A stretch of 64,000 bases of DNA, taken from the NCBI GenBank assembly GCA_018900835.1, contig JAHIFQ010000004.1, positions 1-64,000 of the forward strand. Reading direction: 5' to 3'. Source of the stretch: Patescibacteria group bacterium. Lineage in GTDB: Bacteria > Patescibacteriota > Minisyncoccia > Minisyncoccales > PEYH01. The notes beneath the pieces were generated by a model. That model was not told the origin of the DNA, did not search any database, and saw nothing but the letters and a program-made list of their open reading frames with translations. The stretch's first letter is position 1. Each line of letters starts with the position of its first letter. Positions 45,667 to 53,867 of this stretch are shown here, piece by piece. The position numbers and the translations under genes were made by a program.

Positions 45667-46614
45667 TTGATGGCAAAAGAGCTTAAAAAAGAAAGCCAAA
45701 TTAAGTCAACTATATTAGAAAACCTGGGCAAAGAGAAGGAGCGCAGAAAATATATTATTTTGGGGGTAATTGCGCTTTTTTTAGTAATGAGAATCATACT
45801 CAAACCATTCCCTTATTTTTATCATATAATTGGCGGTTATTTGATAGTTCTTTTTTTAATAATCCCAATTACATCATACTTAAGCAACCGTCCCAATATA
45901 GGACTAAAGATGGCCAGATTGATTGTGGGGCTTATGGTCTTCGCAGAGTTAATGGCATTGAGCGCAGTTCTATACCTCTTTATGCCGGTTGCTGTTTTTT
46001 ATCAAATGCGCATTTCCATTATCTCTATTCCGTTTTTCTTATTATACGCTGTTTTGATTCATCCCTTGCTTATTTCCAAGAGGGTAAATGATTTTTTCTA
46101 CCTTTTTTCATTAGCAATTTTAATCACCCTGTCAATATTGGAATATACGGGTAGGTATCCTGCTTATTCTAACTATCCTATTCTTGAGAGCCCTCTCCAA
46201 CATTTGCGTGTGGCGATTATCCCTGTCGCTATTGCGCTATTCGTTTTTTTAATAATTAGAAGTTCAATAGACCAATTTTGGGGGCGGTTCAGCAGGGCGA
46301 ACATTGAACTCAAGGACATAAATGTTGGACTTGAAGAAAAAGTGAAAGAAAGGACAATAGAATTGCAGAAAAAATCAGAAGAATTAGGTGAGGCGAAAAA
46401 TGTTTTAGAAATCAGGGTTGCTGCAAGAACCAGGGAGTTGAAAGAATTTGCCGAAAAATTAGAGGAAAACATTGAATTGAGAACCAGAGAATTACAGGAA
46501 AGGATAGACGAATTAGAGACATTCCATAAACTTACTGTTGGCCGGGAATTAAAGATGATTGAACTCAAGGAAGAGATAAGCGGCCTAAAAGAACAATTAA
46601 TGAAAAAATTATAA
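45667..46614 (+). CDS. Polytopic membrane (sensor-like) protein with C-terminal coiled-coil; possible detached sensor module of the downstream kinase
   Basis: About 7 TM segments, then a coiled-coil ending ..ELETFHKLTVGRELKMIELKEEI. It stops 1 nt before the histidine-kinase ATG. Confidence 0.35.
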   Translation: MMAKELKKESQIKSTILENLGKEKERRKYIILGVIALFLVMRIILKPFPYFYHIIGGYLIVLFLIIPITSYLSNRPNIGLKMARLIVGLMVFAELMALSAVLYLFMPVAVFYQMRISIISIPFFLLYAVLIHPLLISKRVNDFFYLFSLAILITLSILEYTGRYPAYSNYPILESPLQHLRVAIIPVAIALFVFLIIRSSIDQFWGRFSRANIELKDINVGLEEKVKERTIELQKKSEELGEAKNVLEIRVAARTRELKEFAEKLEENIELRTRELQERIDELETFHKLTVGRELKMIELKEEISGLKEQLMKKL

Positions 46615-46615
46615 A

Positions 46616-48175
46616 ATGGTTCGACAGGCAGAAAAAGAGATAAAGAGATTGAAGCAAGACCTGAATGAGGTGACTGCTTATTTGGATGATTTTCTTGCTT
46701 TTTTGCCTTTGTCAATTTGCGATGTAAGCCCGACCGGGATGATAAGCAATATTAACAAGGCATTTGAAAAACTAACTAACTTTCGCTTCAGCGAGGTGGT
46801 TGGAGAATATTTATATAGTTTTTTTACTGAAAAAAGCGATATTAATGAGTGTCTTAATTCGTCAAAACAAGATAGCGTGGTCAAGAATAAAGAATTATCT
46901 TTGATAGTTAAAGGCAAAGGGAAAATACCGGTGAGCGCATCATTCGCAGCGAAGAGAGACAGTAAGGGGGAATTGACAGGATATTTTGTAGGGATTACAG
47001 ATATTACCATTTTGAAGGGTCTGCAAACTAAGACAGAGGAAAGAATCAAAGCGAGAACAAAGGATTTAGAGAACTCAAGAACCGCCTTGCTTAATATGCT
47101 TGAGGATACCGAAGCAGCTAAACAGCAAATAGAAAAAACAAAAAATAGAAGTCAGGTAATTTTTAACAATTTTATTGACGGATTGTTGATATTTGATTCT
47201 GCGGGAGAATTGGAGTTGTTGAACCCGCGGGCAGAGGAACTTTTAAAAATAAAACAAGATGTTCTTATTGGGAAAACAATCGCTGAATTAGCAAATTGGT
47301 CGCAGGCAAAAGATTTGGCAAAAATACTTGAAGCTAGGAAGAAAGATGTTTTTAGGGAAGAATTGCCTTTCAAAGAAGGAGAATTGGTTGTAGAGGTTAC
47401 GACACAGACGTTGAATCCAGGGGAAGAAGACGCTTCTACTTTGGTTATTCTTCATGACATTTCCAGAGAAAAGGTTATAGAGCGCTTAAAGAGCCAGTTT
47501 GTTTCAGTGGCAGCCCATCAGTTAAGGACACCTCTTTCAATTATAAAATGGTCATTATCTATGATTTTGGAGGGAGAGATGGGAACTCTTAATTCTGAAC
47601 AAAAAGAGATGTTGTCCCGCGCTAATCAGACGAATGAAAGAATGATTCGCCTGATTAATGATTTATTAAATGTTGCTAGGATAGAAGAAGGAAGATTTAT
47701 GTATAAACCGACAATAATAGATTTTGGGGAGCTTGTAGAGTCAATGATTGTCTCGCTGAAGCCATTAGCGCAAAAGAAAGGCGTAAAGTTTATTTTTAAA
47801 ACTTCTAAGACCAAAGCCCCGAAAGTCATTAGGGCGGATATTGAAAAATTGACCCTTGCTGTCAAAAATATTATTGAAAATGCTATATTTTATACTGATT
47901 TGGGAGGTAGCGTAGAAATTTCCCTGACCAGAAAGAAAAACGAAGTAGAGTTGTCTATTAAAGACAGCGGAATAGGCATTCCCAAAGACCAACACGACAG
48001 AGTTTTTACCAAATTTTTCAGGGCTGATAATGCTGTGAGAAAAGAGACCGAAGGCACTGGATTAGGTTTATTTATTGCAAAGAATGTTGTAGAATCACAC
48101 AAGGGCAGGATTTTATTCGTTTCAGAAGAGAAAAAAGGCACCACATTTACTATTTTTCTGCCAGCCATAGGATAA
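46616..48175 (+). CDS. PAS-domain sensor histidine kinase (HisKA + HATPase_c), no TM segment
   Basis: H-box SVAAHQLRTPLS and the N, G1 (DSGIGI) and G2 (GTGLGL) boxes. Confidence 0.85.
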   Translation: MVRQAEKEIKRLKQDLNEVTAYLDDFLAFLPLSICDVSPTGMISNINKAFEKLTNFRFSEVVGEYLYSFFTEKSDINECLNSSKQDSVVKNKELSLIVKGKGKIPVSASFAAKRDSKGELTGYFVGITDITILKGLQTKTEERIKARTKDLENSRTALLNMLEDTEAAKQQIEKTKNRSQVIFNNFIDGLLIFDSAGELELLNPRAEELLKIKQDVLIGKTIAELANWSQAKDLAKILEARKKDVFREELPFKEGELVVEVTTQTLNPGEEDASTLVILHDISREKVIERLKSQFVSVAAHQLRTPLSIIKWSLSMILEGEMGTLNSEQKEMLSRANQTNERMIRLINDLLNVARIEEGRFMYKPTIIDFGELVESMIVSLKPLAQKKGVKFIFKTSKTKAPKVIRADIEKLTLAVKNIIENAIFYTDLGGSVEISLTRKKNEVELSIKDSGIGIPKDQHDRVFTKFFRADNAVRKETEGTGLGLFIAKNVVESHKGRILFVSEEKKGTTFTIFLPAIG

Positions 48176-48279
48176 GATGGTAAAAATAATGTGTTCGTTA
48201 TAAAATAAGAAAAAGGGGTTTGCGTTTGACAGTCCCTGTCAAATGGTTAAAATAGATATAGAATTAAAATCCAAAAAAT

Positions 48280-48663
48280 ATGGCTAAGAAAATTTTAATT
48301 ATAGAAGACGAAGAATTGCTTTTGAATCTATTAAAAAAGAAGTTGAGTGAATTGGGTTACGAGGTTTTTACGGCTATTGACGGATTGCAAGGACTGGAAG
48401 GAATTAAAGAAATTGTGCCTGATTTAATATTGTTGGATATAGTTATGCCAAAAATGGGAGGATTTGAGCTTTTGGAGAAAAAACAGGAAGACGATTCCAT
48501 AAAAAATATCCCAGTGATTATTATTTCCAACTCTGGACAGCCGGTGGAATTGGAAAAAGCGAAACAATTAGGGGCCAATGATTGGCTTGTTAAAACAGAG
48601 TTTGACCCAGTGGAAGTGGTGGAAAAAGTTATAAAACAAATCGGAGACAGCAACAATAATTAA
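48280..48663 (+). CDS. Single-domain response regulator (CheY-like receiver)
   Basis: ILIIEDE ... DLILLDIVMPKMGGFELL ... K (the receiver D-D-T-K pattern). Confidence 0.8.
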   Translation: MAKKILIIEDEELLLNLLKKKLSELGYEVFTAIDGLQGLEGIKEIVPDLILLDIVMPKMGGFELLEKKQEDDSIKNIPVIIISNSGQPVELEKAKQLGANDWLVKTEFDPVEVVEKVIKQIGDSNNN

Positions 48664-48668
48664 GTTAA

Positions 48669-49076
48669 TTGAGTAAAATTATGCAAGAACATATTCTCGT
48701 TATAGAAGATGATAAATTCCTAAGAGAGCTTATATCAAGAAAGCTTTTAAGCGAGGGATTTAAAATAGATGAAGCAATAGACGGAGAAGAGGGCTTGAGA
48801 AAAATAGAGGAGGCAAAACCGGACTTGGTTTTGCTTGACCTCATTCTGCCGGGACTTGATGGCTTTGAGGTGTTAGAGAGGATAAAAGACAATCCGAGCA
48901 CAAATATAGTGCCTGTGCTTATACTTTCAAATCTGGGGCAAAGAGACGAGATAGAGAGGGGGCTGAAATTGGGGGCAGTTGATTTCCTGGTAAAGGCGCA
49001 TTTTACACCAGAGGAAATAGTGGAAAAGATTAAAAACATTTTTGAGAAGAAATCCGCGCCCAGCAAAAGCGAATAG
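48669..49076 (+). CDS. Single-domain response regulator (CheY-like receiver), second copy
   Basis: ILVIEDD ... DLVLLDLILPGLDGFEVL. Confidence 0.8.
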   Translation: MSKIMQEHILVIEDDKFLRELISRKLLSEGFKIDEAIDGEEGLRKIEEAKPDLVLLDLILPGLDGFEVLERIKDNPSTNIVPVLILSNLGQRDEIERGLKLGAVDFLVKAHFTPEEIVEKIKNIFEKKSAPSKSE

Positions 49077-49081
49077 TTCCA

Positions 49082-50080
49082 TTGGTCTTGGCAAGAATAA
49101 TCTCGAGGAAAGTCCTGAGCAAGGACTTTTCTTCGCGCAATATGCTTGTTTTAATTTTTGGAAAAGATACTTATAGGGCATGGCAAAAACTAAAAGAGAT
49201 AGTTAGCGCTTTTGAAAAGGAAAATAAGATTTCTTTGTCTTTGGATTCGCTTGGGGATGAAGTTGTTACAATAGAAGATTTAAAAAACGAGTTAAGGCAT
49301 AGCTCAATGTTTGAAAAGAAAAAAATAGTTATCCTAAGGAATGTTCTTGGCAATGCGAATTTTAAAGAAGGAATTATAAAAGAAATTAAAAGCTTATCAG
49401 GGAACGAAGATGTCTCAATAATTTTTTATGAAGAAGGCAATGCGTCTATTGATGCGGATTTTCTAAAACTTTTAAAGAAACAAGGCACTGTTTATAAATT
49501 TGACCTTTTAAAAGCAGAGGATTCAAAAAAATGGATTAAAGAAGAATTATCTTTACTTGGAGCGACCATTAAGCCGGATGCGCTTGTTTTATTGGTCAAT
49601 TCAACAGGTGGCGATTTGTGGCGATTATCATCAGAAATCAAAAAGCTCGTTGCTTATAAGGCGGAAAAAAAGAGCATTGAAAAAAAGGATGTGGAATTAT
49701 TGGTAAGACCGAACATTGAAGCCGTGATTTTTAAGACCATTGATGCAATTGCTTCGGGAAACAAAAAAATTGCGCTTGATTTGCTATACAAACATTTGGG
49801 AAAAGGCGATTCCCCGTTCTATATCTTTTCAATGATAATATATCAATTTAGAAATTTATTGATTGTCAAAGAATTAGAGAGCAGTTCTTTTGAGGAAAAA
49901 GTGAAGATTTTAAGGCCCATGCATCCTTTTGTTGTAAAAAAAAGCTCTTGGCTTGCCAACGAGTTTTCTTTGGTTCAACTGAAAGATATTTATTTAAAAA
50001 TTTTTAAAATGGATTTGGCAGTTAAAACAGGAAAAATAAAACCAGAGACAGCTCTGGAATTATTGATTGCAGATATTTAG
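49082..50080 (+). CDS. DNA polymerase III delta subunit-like (HolA-like)
   Basis: An N-terminal LVLIFGKDTY (the i-y-l-l-y-G-e-e-y-l pattern) and an all-alpha C-terminal half. Sequence signal is weak. Confidence 0.4.
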   Translation: MVLARIISRKVLSKDFSSRNMLVLIFGKDTYRAWQKLKEIVSAFEKENKISLSLDSLGDEVVTIEDLKNELRHSSMFEKKKIVILRNVLGNANFKEGIIKEIKSLSGNEDVSIIFYEEGNASIDADFLKLLKKQGTVYKFDLLKAEDSKKWIKEELSLLGATIKPDALVLLVNSTGGDLWRLSSEIKKLVAYKAEKKSIEKKDVELLVRPNIEAVIFKTIDAIASGNKKIALDLLYKHLGKGDSPFYIFSMIIYQFRNLLIVKELESSSFEEKVKILRPMHPFVVKKSSWLANEFSLVQLKDIYLKIFKMDLAVKTGKIKPETALELLIADI

Positions 50081-50086
50081 AGGATT

Positions 50087-50341
50087 TTACTTTAGAATCC
50101 GGGTGACGCTGGATTTTTTTCTATTAGCAGTATTTTTCTTGATGACATTTTCTTTTGCCGCCTTATCAACTGCTTTGTAATACTTGGGAAGCAATTCTAA
50201 CGCTTCCTTTATTTTGTTTTCTTTTTTTAAAGAAAGGATTTGTTTCTGCAAGTCCTTAATTGTTTTTTTATAACGCAAATTAGACGCCCTGTTCCTGCGT
50301 TCTTTTCTTAGTGACTTGATGGCTGCTTTTTTAATAGGCAT
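50087..50341 (-). CDS. rpsT: 30S ribosomal protein S20
   Basis: The start is placed at MPIKKAAIKSLRKERRNRASNLRYKKTIKDL. The 20-codon upstream extension in the ORF track, which runs through the heptamer repeat, is rejected. Confidence 0.85.
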   Translation of the reverse strand: MPIKKAAIKSLRKERRNRASNLRYKKTIKDLQKQILSLKKENKIKEALELLPKYYKAVDKAAKENVIKKNTANRKKSSVTRILK

Positions 50342-50350
50342 ATTCTTTTT

Positions 50351-50384
50351 AGTAAAATTAAAAATGAAAAATGAAAAATGAAAA
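50351..50384 (+). repeat. Heptanucleotide tandem repeat (AAAAATG)x4.5, 10-43 nt upstream of the rpsT start codon (minus strand CATTTTT)
   Basis: aaaatgaaaaatgaaaaatgaaaaatgaaaaata. Confidence 0.8.
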
Positions 50385-50470
50385 ATGAAAAATAGAAACA
50401 AGATATCTCCTTATAATTTCTTGTGATTGATACAATATCATATCTTGATTTTTGTTTCAAGTCCAAATGA

Positions 50471-50812
50471 TTGAAAAGAGACGAGGAATGGGGTAATATT
50501 AAAGCAGATATGGAAAAAATACCCCAATTTTTGCAGAAATATTTTTGGGATGTGGAATTTTTAACCCTGGACATAAAAAAGCACTCACAATTTGTTATTG
50601 AGAGGATTTTAGAATATGGAGACAAAAAATCAATAAAATGGATGGAAGATAATTTTCCTTCAGAAGAAATTAAAAATACCCTTTCTATTTCCAAAAACCT
50701 TTCGCAAAAATCAGCCAATTTTTGGCAGCTTATTTTTGATTTAGATAAGAATAAAATTTTATGCTTGAACAAATCATTTCAAAAAAAACACAAAGCAATC
50801 TGGAGATATTAA
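50471..50812 (+). CDS. Hypothetical protein overlapping the AbiEii-like gene start; candidate cognate antitoxin
   Basis: 113 aa with no HTH recognised. The assignment rests on the 52-nt overlap with the downstream NTase gene. Confidence 0.25.
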   Translation: MKRDEEWGNIKADMEKIPQFLQKYFWDVEFLTLDIKKHSQFVIERILEYGDKKSIKWMEDNFPSEEIKNTLSISKNLSQKSANFWQLIFDLDKNKILCLNKSFQKKHKAIWRY

Positions 50813-51378
50813 AAAAATCAGGCCTGATTGCAAATTTTTATCTTGTTGGCGGCACAGGGTTGGCTTTATATTTAAAGCATCGCATTTCTGTTGATTTGGA
50901 TTTTTTCAGCAAAAAAGAGTTCAACAGCCAATCAATGATTCAGAAGATTAAAAAGTTAGGTAAATTTTCAATCGCAAAAGAATCAGAAAATACTTTGACA
51001 GGAGTTTTTAATGACACAAAAATCGCTTTTTTGACATACGATTATCCGCTTCTTTTTCCGTTGAAAAAAATTGGCAATATTAATGTTGCTGACATAAAAG
51101 ATATCGCTTGTATGAAAATTTCTGCGATTTCTTCCCGTGGAAGCAAGAAGGACTTTATTGATTTATACTTTATTTGCCAGCAGGGCATTTCATTAAAACA
51201 GGCATTAGTATTGTTTGAAAAGAAATATAAGAGCATTGATTATAATATGGTGCATATTTTGAAAAGTTTGGTCTTTTTTGATGATGCTCACAATGACCCT
51301 ATGCCAAAAATGTTAGTTCCCGTTATGTGGGAACAGGTTAAGAGATTTTTTCAAGAAAAAGTAAAAACGAGTCAATGA
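50761..51378 (+). CDS. AbiEii/AbiGii-family nucleotidyltransferase (type IV TA toxin-like)
   Basis: NFYLVGGTGLALYLKHRISVDLDFF matches the GG.AL....HR.S.D.D signature of the AbiEii NTase family. Confidence 0.55.
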   Translation: MLEQIISKKTQSNLEILKKSGLIANFYLVGGTGLALYLKHRISVDLDFFSKKEFNSQSMIQKIKKLGKFSIAKESENTLTGVFNDTKIAFLTYDYPLLFPLKKIGNINVADIKDIACMKISAISSRGSKKDFIDLYFICQQGISLKQALVLFEKKYKSIDYNMVHILKSLVFFDDAHNDPMPKMLVPVMWEQVKRFFQEKVKTSQ

Positions 51379-51500
51379 TTTCTTTTATCAGGGGTAAAAT
51401 AAAAGCAAAAGATGAAGAATTTGTTATTGTTGAAAACAATGATATTGGTTTTAAGGTTTTTGTTTCCCCAAAGACCTTGGAAAAATTAAATATAGGAGAG
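51375..51500 (+). pseudogene. ruvA 5'-end fragment (first 42 codons), 100% identical to the start of intact ruvA at 53298
   Basis: 128-bp perfect direct repeat 51373-51500 = 53296-53423. The ORF 51375..51575 reads through into unrelated GC-rich sequence. Confidence 0.8.
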
Positions 51501-51689
51501 GTCGGGTTCGACGCGTACAGGGTCGGCTATGCCTATCAGCACTGTGGGTCGGCGTCCGGCTTTCTCCCGCAGTAGCGCTTTGTACTCTTGAGACTTTTGA
51601 ACCCTTTTGGGGGTTTGATTCCTTGTCTCCGGAGCGAAAAACATGAACGAGGGCTGGCCACACATGGTGGACAGCCCTCCTCCTCTTTT
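51501..51689 (+). ncRNA. GC-rich (~58% versus ~35% window) structured-RNA-like segment ending in an intrinsic terminator; identity unknown
   Basis: Starts GTCGGGTTCGACGCG (resembling the tmRNA 5' GGAUUCGACGGG motif). Contains GUCCGGCUUUCUCC and the hairpin GGGCUG-GCCACACAUGGUGGA-CAGCCC followed by UCCUCCUCUUUU. Confidence 0.3.
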
Positions 51690-51957
51690 AAAATATGTAT
51701 AGATTTGATATACTGATAAATGAGTATAGGCTAATGTATAGCAGTTTACGGATTGCTATCGCCGAACTCTCTCTTCAATAAAGAAAGAGAAAAAACAACC
51801 AGAATCTTGACGACTACGGTTTTCAAGAGCGAGTTGTCTTGAGGAGATACTGCTTGCTTCTGTCTATGGTAGATGTCCTGAGTTTATTAATGGGCTGCTA
51901 CCGAATAAAATACAGGAAGAAGTAGAGAAATTAGGGACGTGTAGCATTTTACTTAAA

Positions 51958-53004
51958 TTGTTAAAAATAAATATGAATAATTTTAAAAATTATTTAATAG
52001 CACAAATCAAAAAATTAACTAGCAATAAAAAAAATGTATGGATAACTGGCATTGTTATATTAATTTTAATTATTTCAATAGGAGCATGGAAAGTACTGAG
52101 CAATAAAACGCCTCTTGATATAAACTCGTCAATTGAAGAAGTATCCTTGGGCACGGATAAGACTGAACACTCTCAAGGCGAAGAAAAAGTAACCTTGGTC
52201 ACAGATAAGACAGAATATGCTCAAGGTGAAAGCGTGAAAATTGATATTTCTAATTTAACAACGAAAAATATTGAATATAGTCCAAGTTTCTCGCCATGTT
52301 GCGGCGGTGTTTTTATAGATAAAAAGAATAGTGAAAATGTATGGAAACGTATTTATACTTCAATTGCTGAGCCACGAATAGGACCATCTTCGTCAGAAGA
52401 AAGAATGAATGAGGGCTGGCTCTTGCTAGAACCAAAGATACAAATACAAATAGAATCGGACATGTTGGTACAAGTCGAAGGATCAAGAATTCAAGCTCCA
52501 GCTGGCATTTATCGAATTGGATTTAGATGGTATTATTCGTCTTCAGAAGACGGCAATGTGTCTTATTCTAACGAGTTTATGATTGAAGGAGATGAGAAAA
52601 TGAGTTTTAACAAACAACCAACTGTTTCAACAAATAAATTAGAGTATGTACAAGGCGAAGAAATTATAATAAAAATACACAATCAAGGTACGCCTATTTT
52701 TTATCAGCCCAATCTTTGTCAACCAGAGTGTTGCTTTGCTCAAAAAACTATAAATGGAAGATTTAGAGTAGTAGATATATCACCATGCCTATCACCACCC
52801 CAAGCTCCACCTGGCGTAGACTTCGAAAGGATTCCTAGCAAGATAGAATCTGGGGAAGAAATTATTGAAATATTAGAAACAAATCCAGAATGGGAAGATG
52901 AAATAGAAGTTGGCACCTATAGACTCTTTTTTTATTATTCACGTAACGAAGAAATGCAAGATAGCCATGCTGTATACTCTAACGAGTTTACAATTAGTCA
53001 ATAG
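51958..53004 (+). CDS. Signal-anchored protein with three internal ~90-aa repeats (..KTEY.QGE..KI.I.N.....YSNEF.I)
   Basis: An N-terminal TM (VWITGIVILILIISIGAW). The repeats end in YSNEFMIEG and YSNEFTISQ, each with conserved CC and QPEC pairs. Confidence 0.45.
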   Translation: MLKINMNNFKNYLIAQIKKLTSNKKNVWITGIVILILIISIGAWKVLSNKTPLDINSSIEEVSLGTDKTEHSQGEEKVTLVTDKTEYAQGESVKIDISNLTTKNIEYSPSFSPCCGGVFIDKKNSENVWKRIYTSIAEPRIGPSSSEERMNEGWLLLEPKIQIQIESDMLVQVEGSRIQAPAGIYRIGFRWYYSSSEDGNVSYSNEFMIEGDEKMSFNKQPTVSTNKLEYVQGEEIIIKIHNQGTPIFYQPNLCQPECCFAQKTINGRFRVVDISPCLSPPQAPPGVDFERIPSKIESGEEIIEILETNPEWEDEIEVGTYRLFFYYSRNEEMQDSHAVYSNEFTISQ

Positions 53005-53297
53005 TTATAGCAAATTAGGCAAATTAGAGACGTGTACCATTTTACCCATTTTACTGAATGCGTTCAACAAGGGGAGCTGTTCCAAAAACCCTCTATTCAT
53101 GAGGGTTTTTGAATCATTTGGCGTAGGATGTTAGAACTTTTTCAATTGGTCCATCCCGCGCAAAACATTATGTCGCCTCCTTGTGTGCGGTTTTTTTACA
53201 TTGAGCGTGATATAAAGTCAAATTTTGAAAATAATTGTTTGAAAATGATAGCGAGTGGGTAGTTGAAAACAGGCGGGGAATAGGGTAATATTAAACA

Positions 53298-53867
53298 ATG
53301 ATTTCTTTTATCAGGGGTAAAATAAAAGCAAAAGATGAAGAATTTGTTATTGTTGAAAACAATGATATTGGTTTTAAGGTTTTTGTTTCCCCAAAGACCT
53401 TGGAAAAATTAAATATAGGAGAGATAGTAGAGTTTTTTATTTTTTTCGCTATTCGCAATGAAAAGCCGGAATTATACGGGCTTTTGACGCAGGAAGAATT
53501 AAGGGTCTTTGAAATTATAGAAAAAGTTTCAGGAATCGGGCCCAAAGGAGCAATGCTTATCGCCTCATTGGGAACATTTGACGAGCTTAAAGAAGCCATA
53601 GAAATCCAGGATTTTGGTTTTTTCTCCAAAATTAAAGGAATCGGGAAAAAGAAAATTCAGAAGATTATCTTGGAATTAGGGGGCAGCATAAAAAGAATCG
53701 AGGAAATAAAAGATAAAAGTCCGCAACAAGACGAGGCATTCAGGGGCTTGGTAGCATTAGGGTTTTCTCAAAAAGAAGCGAAAGAGGCGTTATCAAATGT
53801 GCCAATGGAAGTCAAAGACACGAGTCAAAGAGTCCAACAGGCGTTAAGACAATTCACAAAGAAATGA
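53298..53867 (+). CDS. ruvA: Holliday junction DNA helicase RuvA
   Basis: OB-fold N-terminus, HhH motifs (GIGPKGA, IKGIGKK) and a C-terminal domain III. Confidence 0.9.
   Translation: MISFIRGKIKAKDEEFVIVENNDIGFKVFVSPKTLEKLNIGEIVEFFIFFAIRNEKPELYGLLTQEELRVFEIIEKVSGIGPKGAMLIASLGTFDELKEAIEIQDFGFFSKIKGIGKKKIQKIILELGGSIKRIEEIKDKSPQQDEAFRGLVALGFSQKEAKEALSNVPMEVKDTSQRVQQALRQFTKK

Noticed and set aside
51375-51575. 66-aa ORF 'MISFIRGK...GFLPQ' treated as a gene
   Set aside because: Its first 42 codons are an exact copy of the ruvA start and the remainder reads into GC-rich non-coding sequence. It is a displaced gene fragment, not an independent protein.
51501-51689. tmRNA (ssrA) identity for the GC-rich segment
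   Set aside because: Only the 5' GGGUUCGAC-like motif fits. No tag-peptide ORF ending in a hydrophobic tail plus stop, no T-arm/acceptor 3' end with CCA, and at ~190 nt the length is too short. It is kept only as an unclassified RNA candidate.
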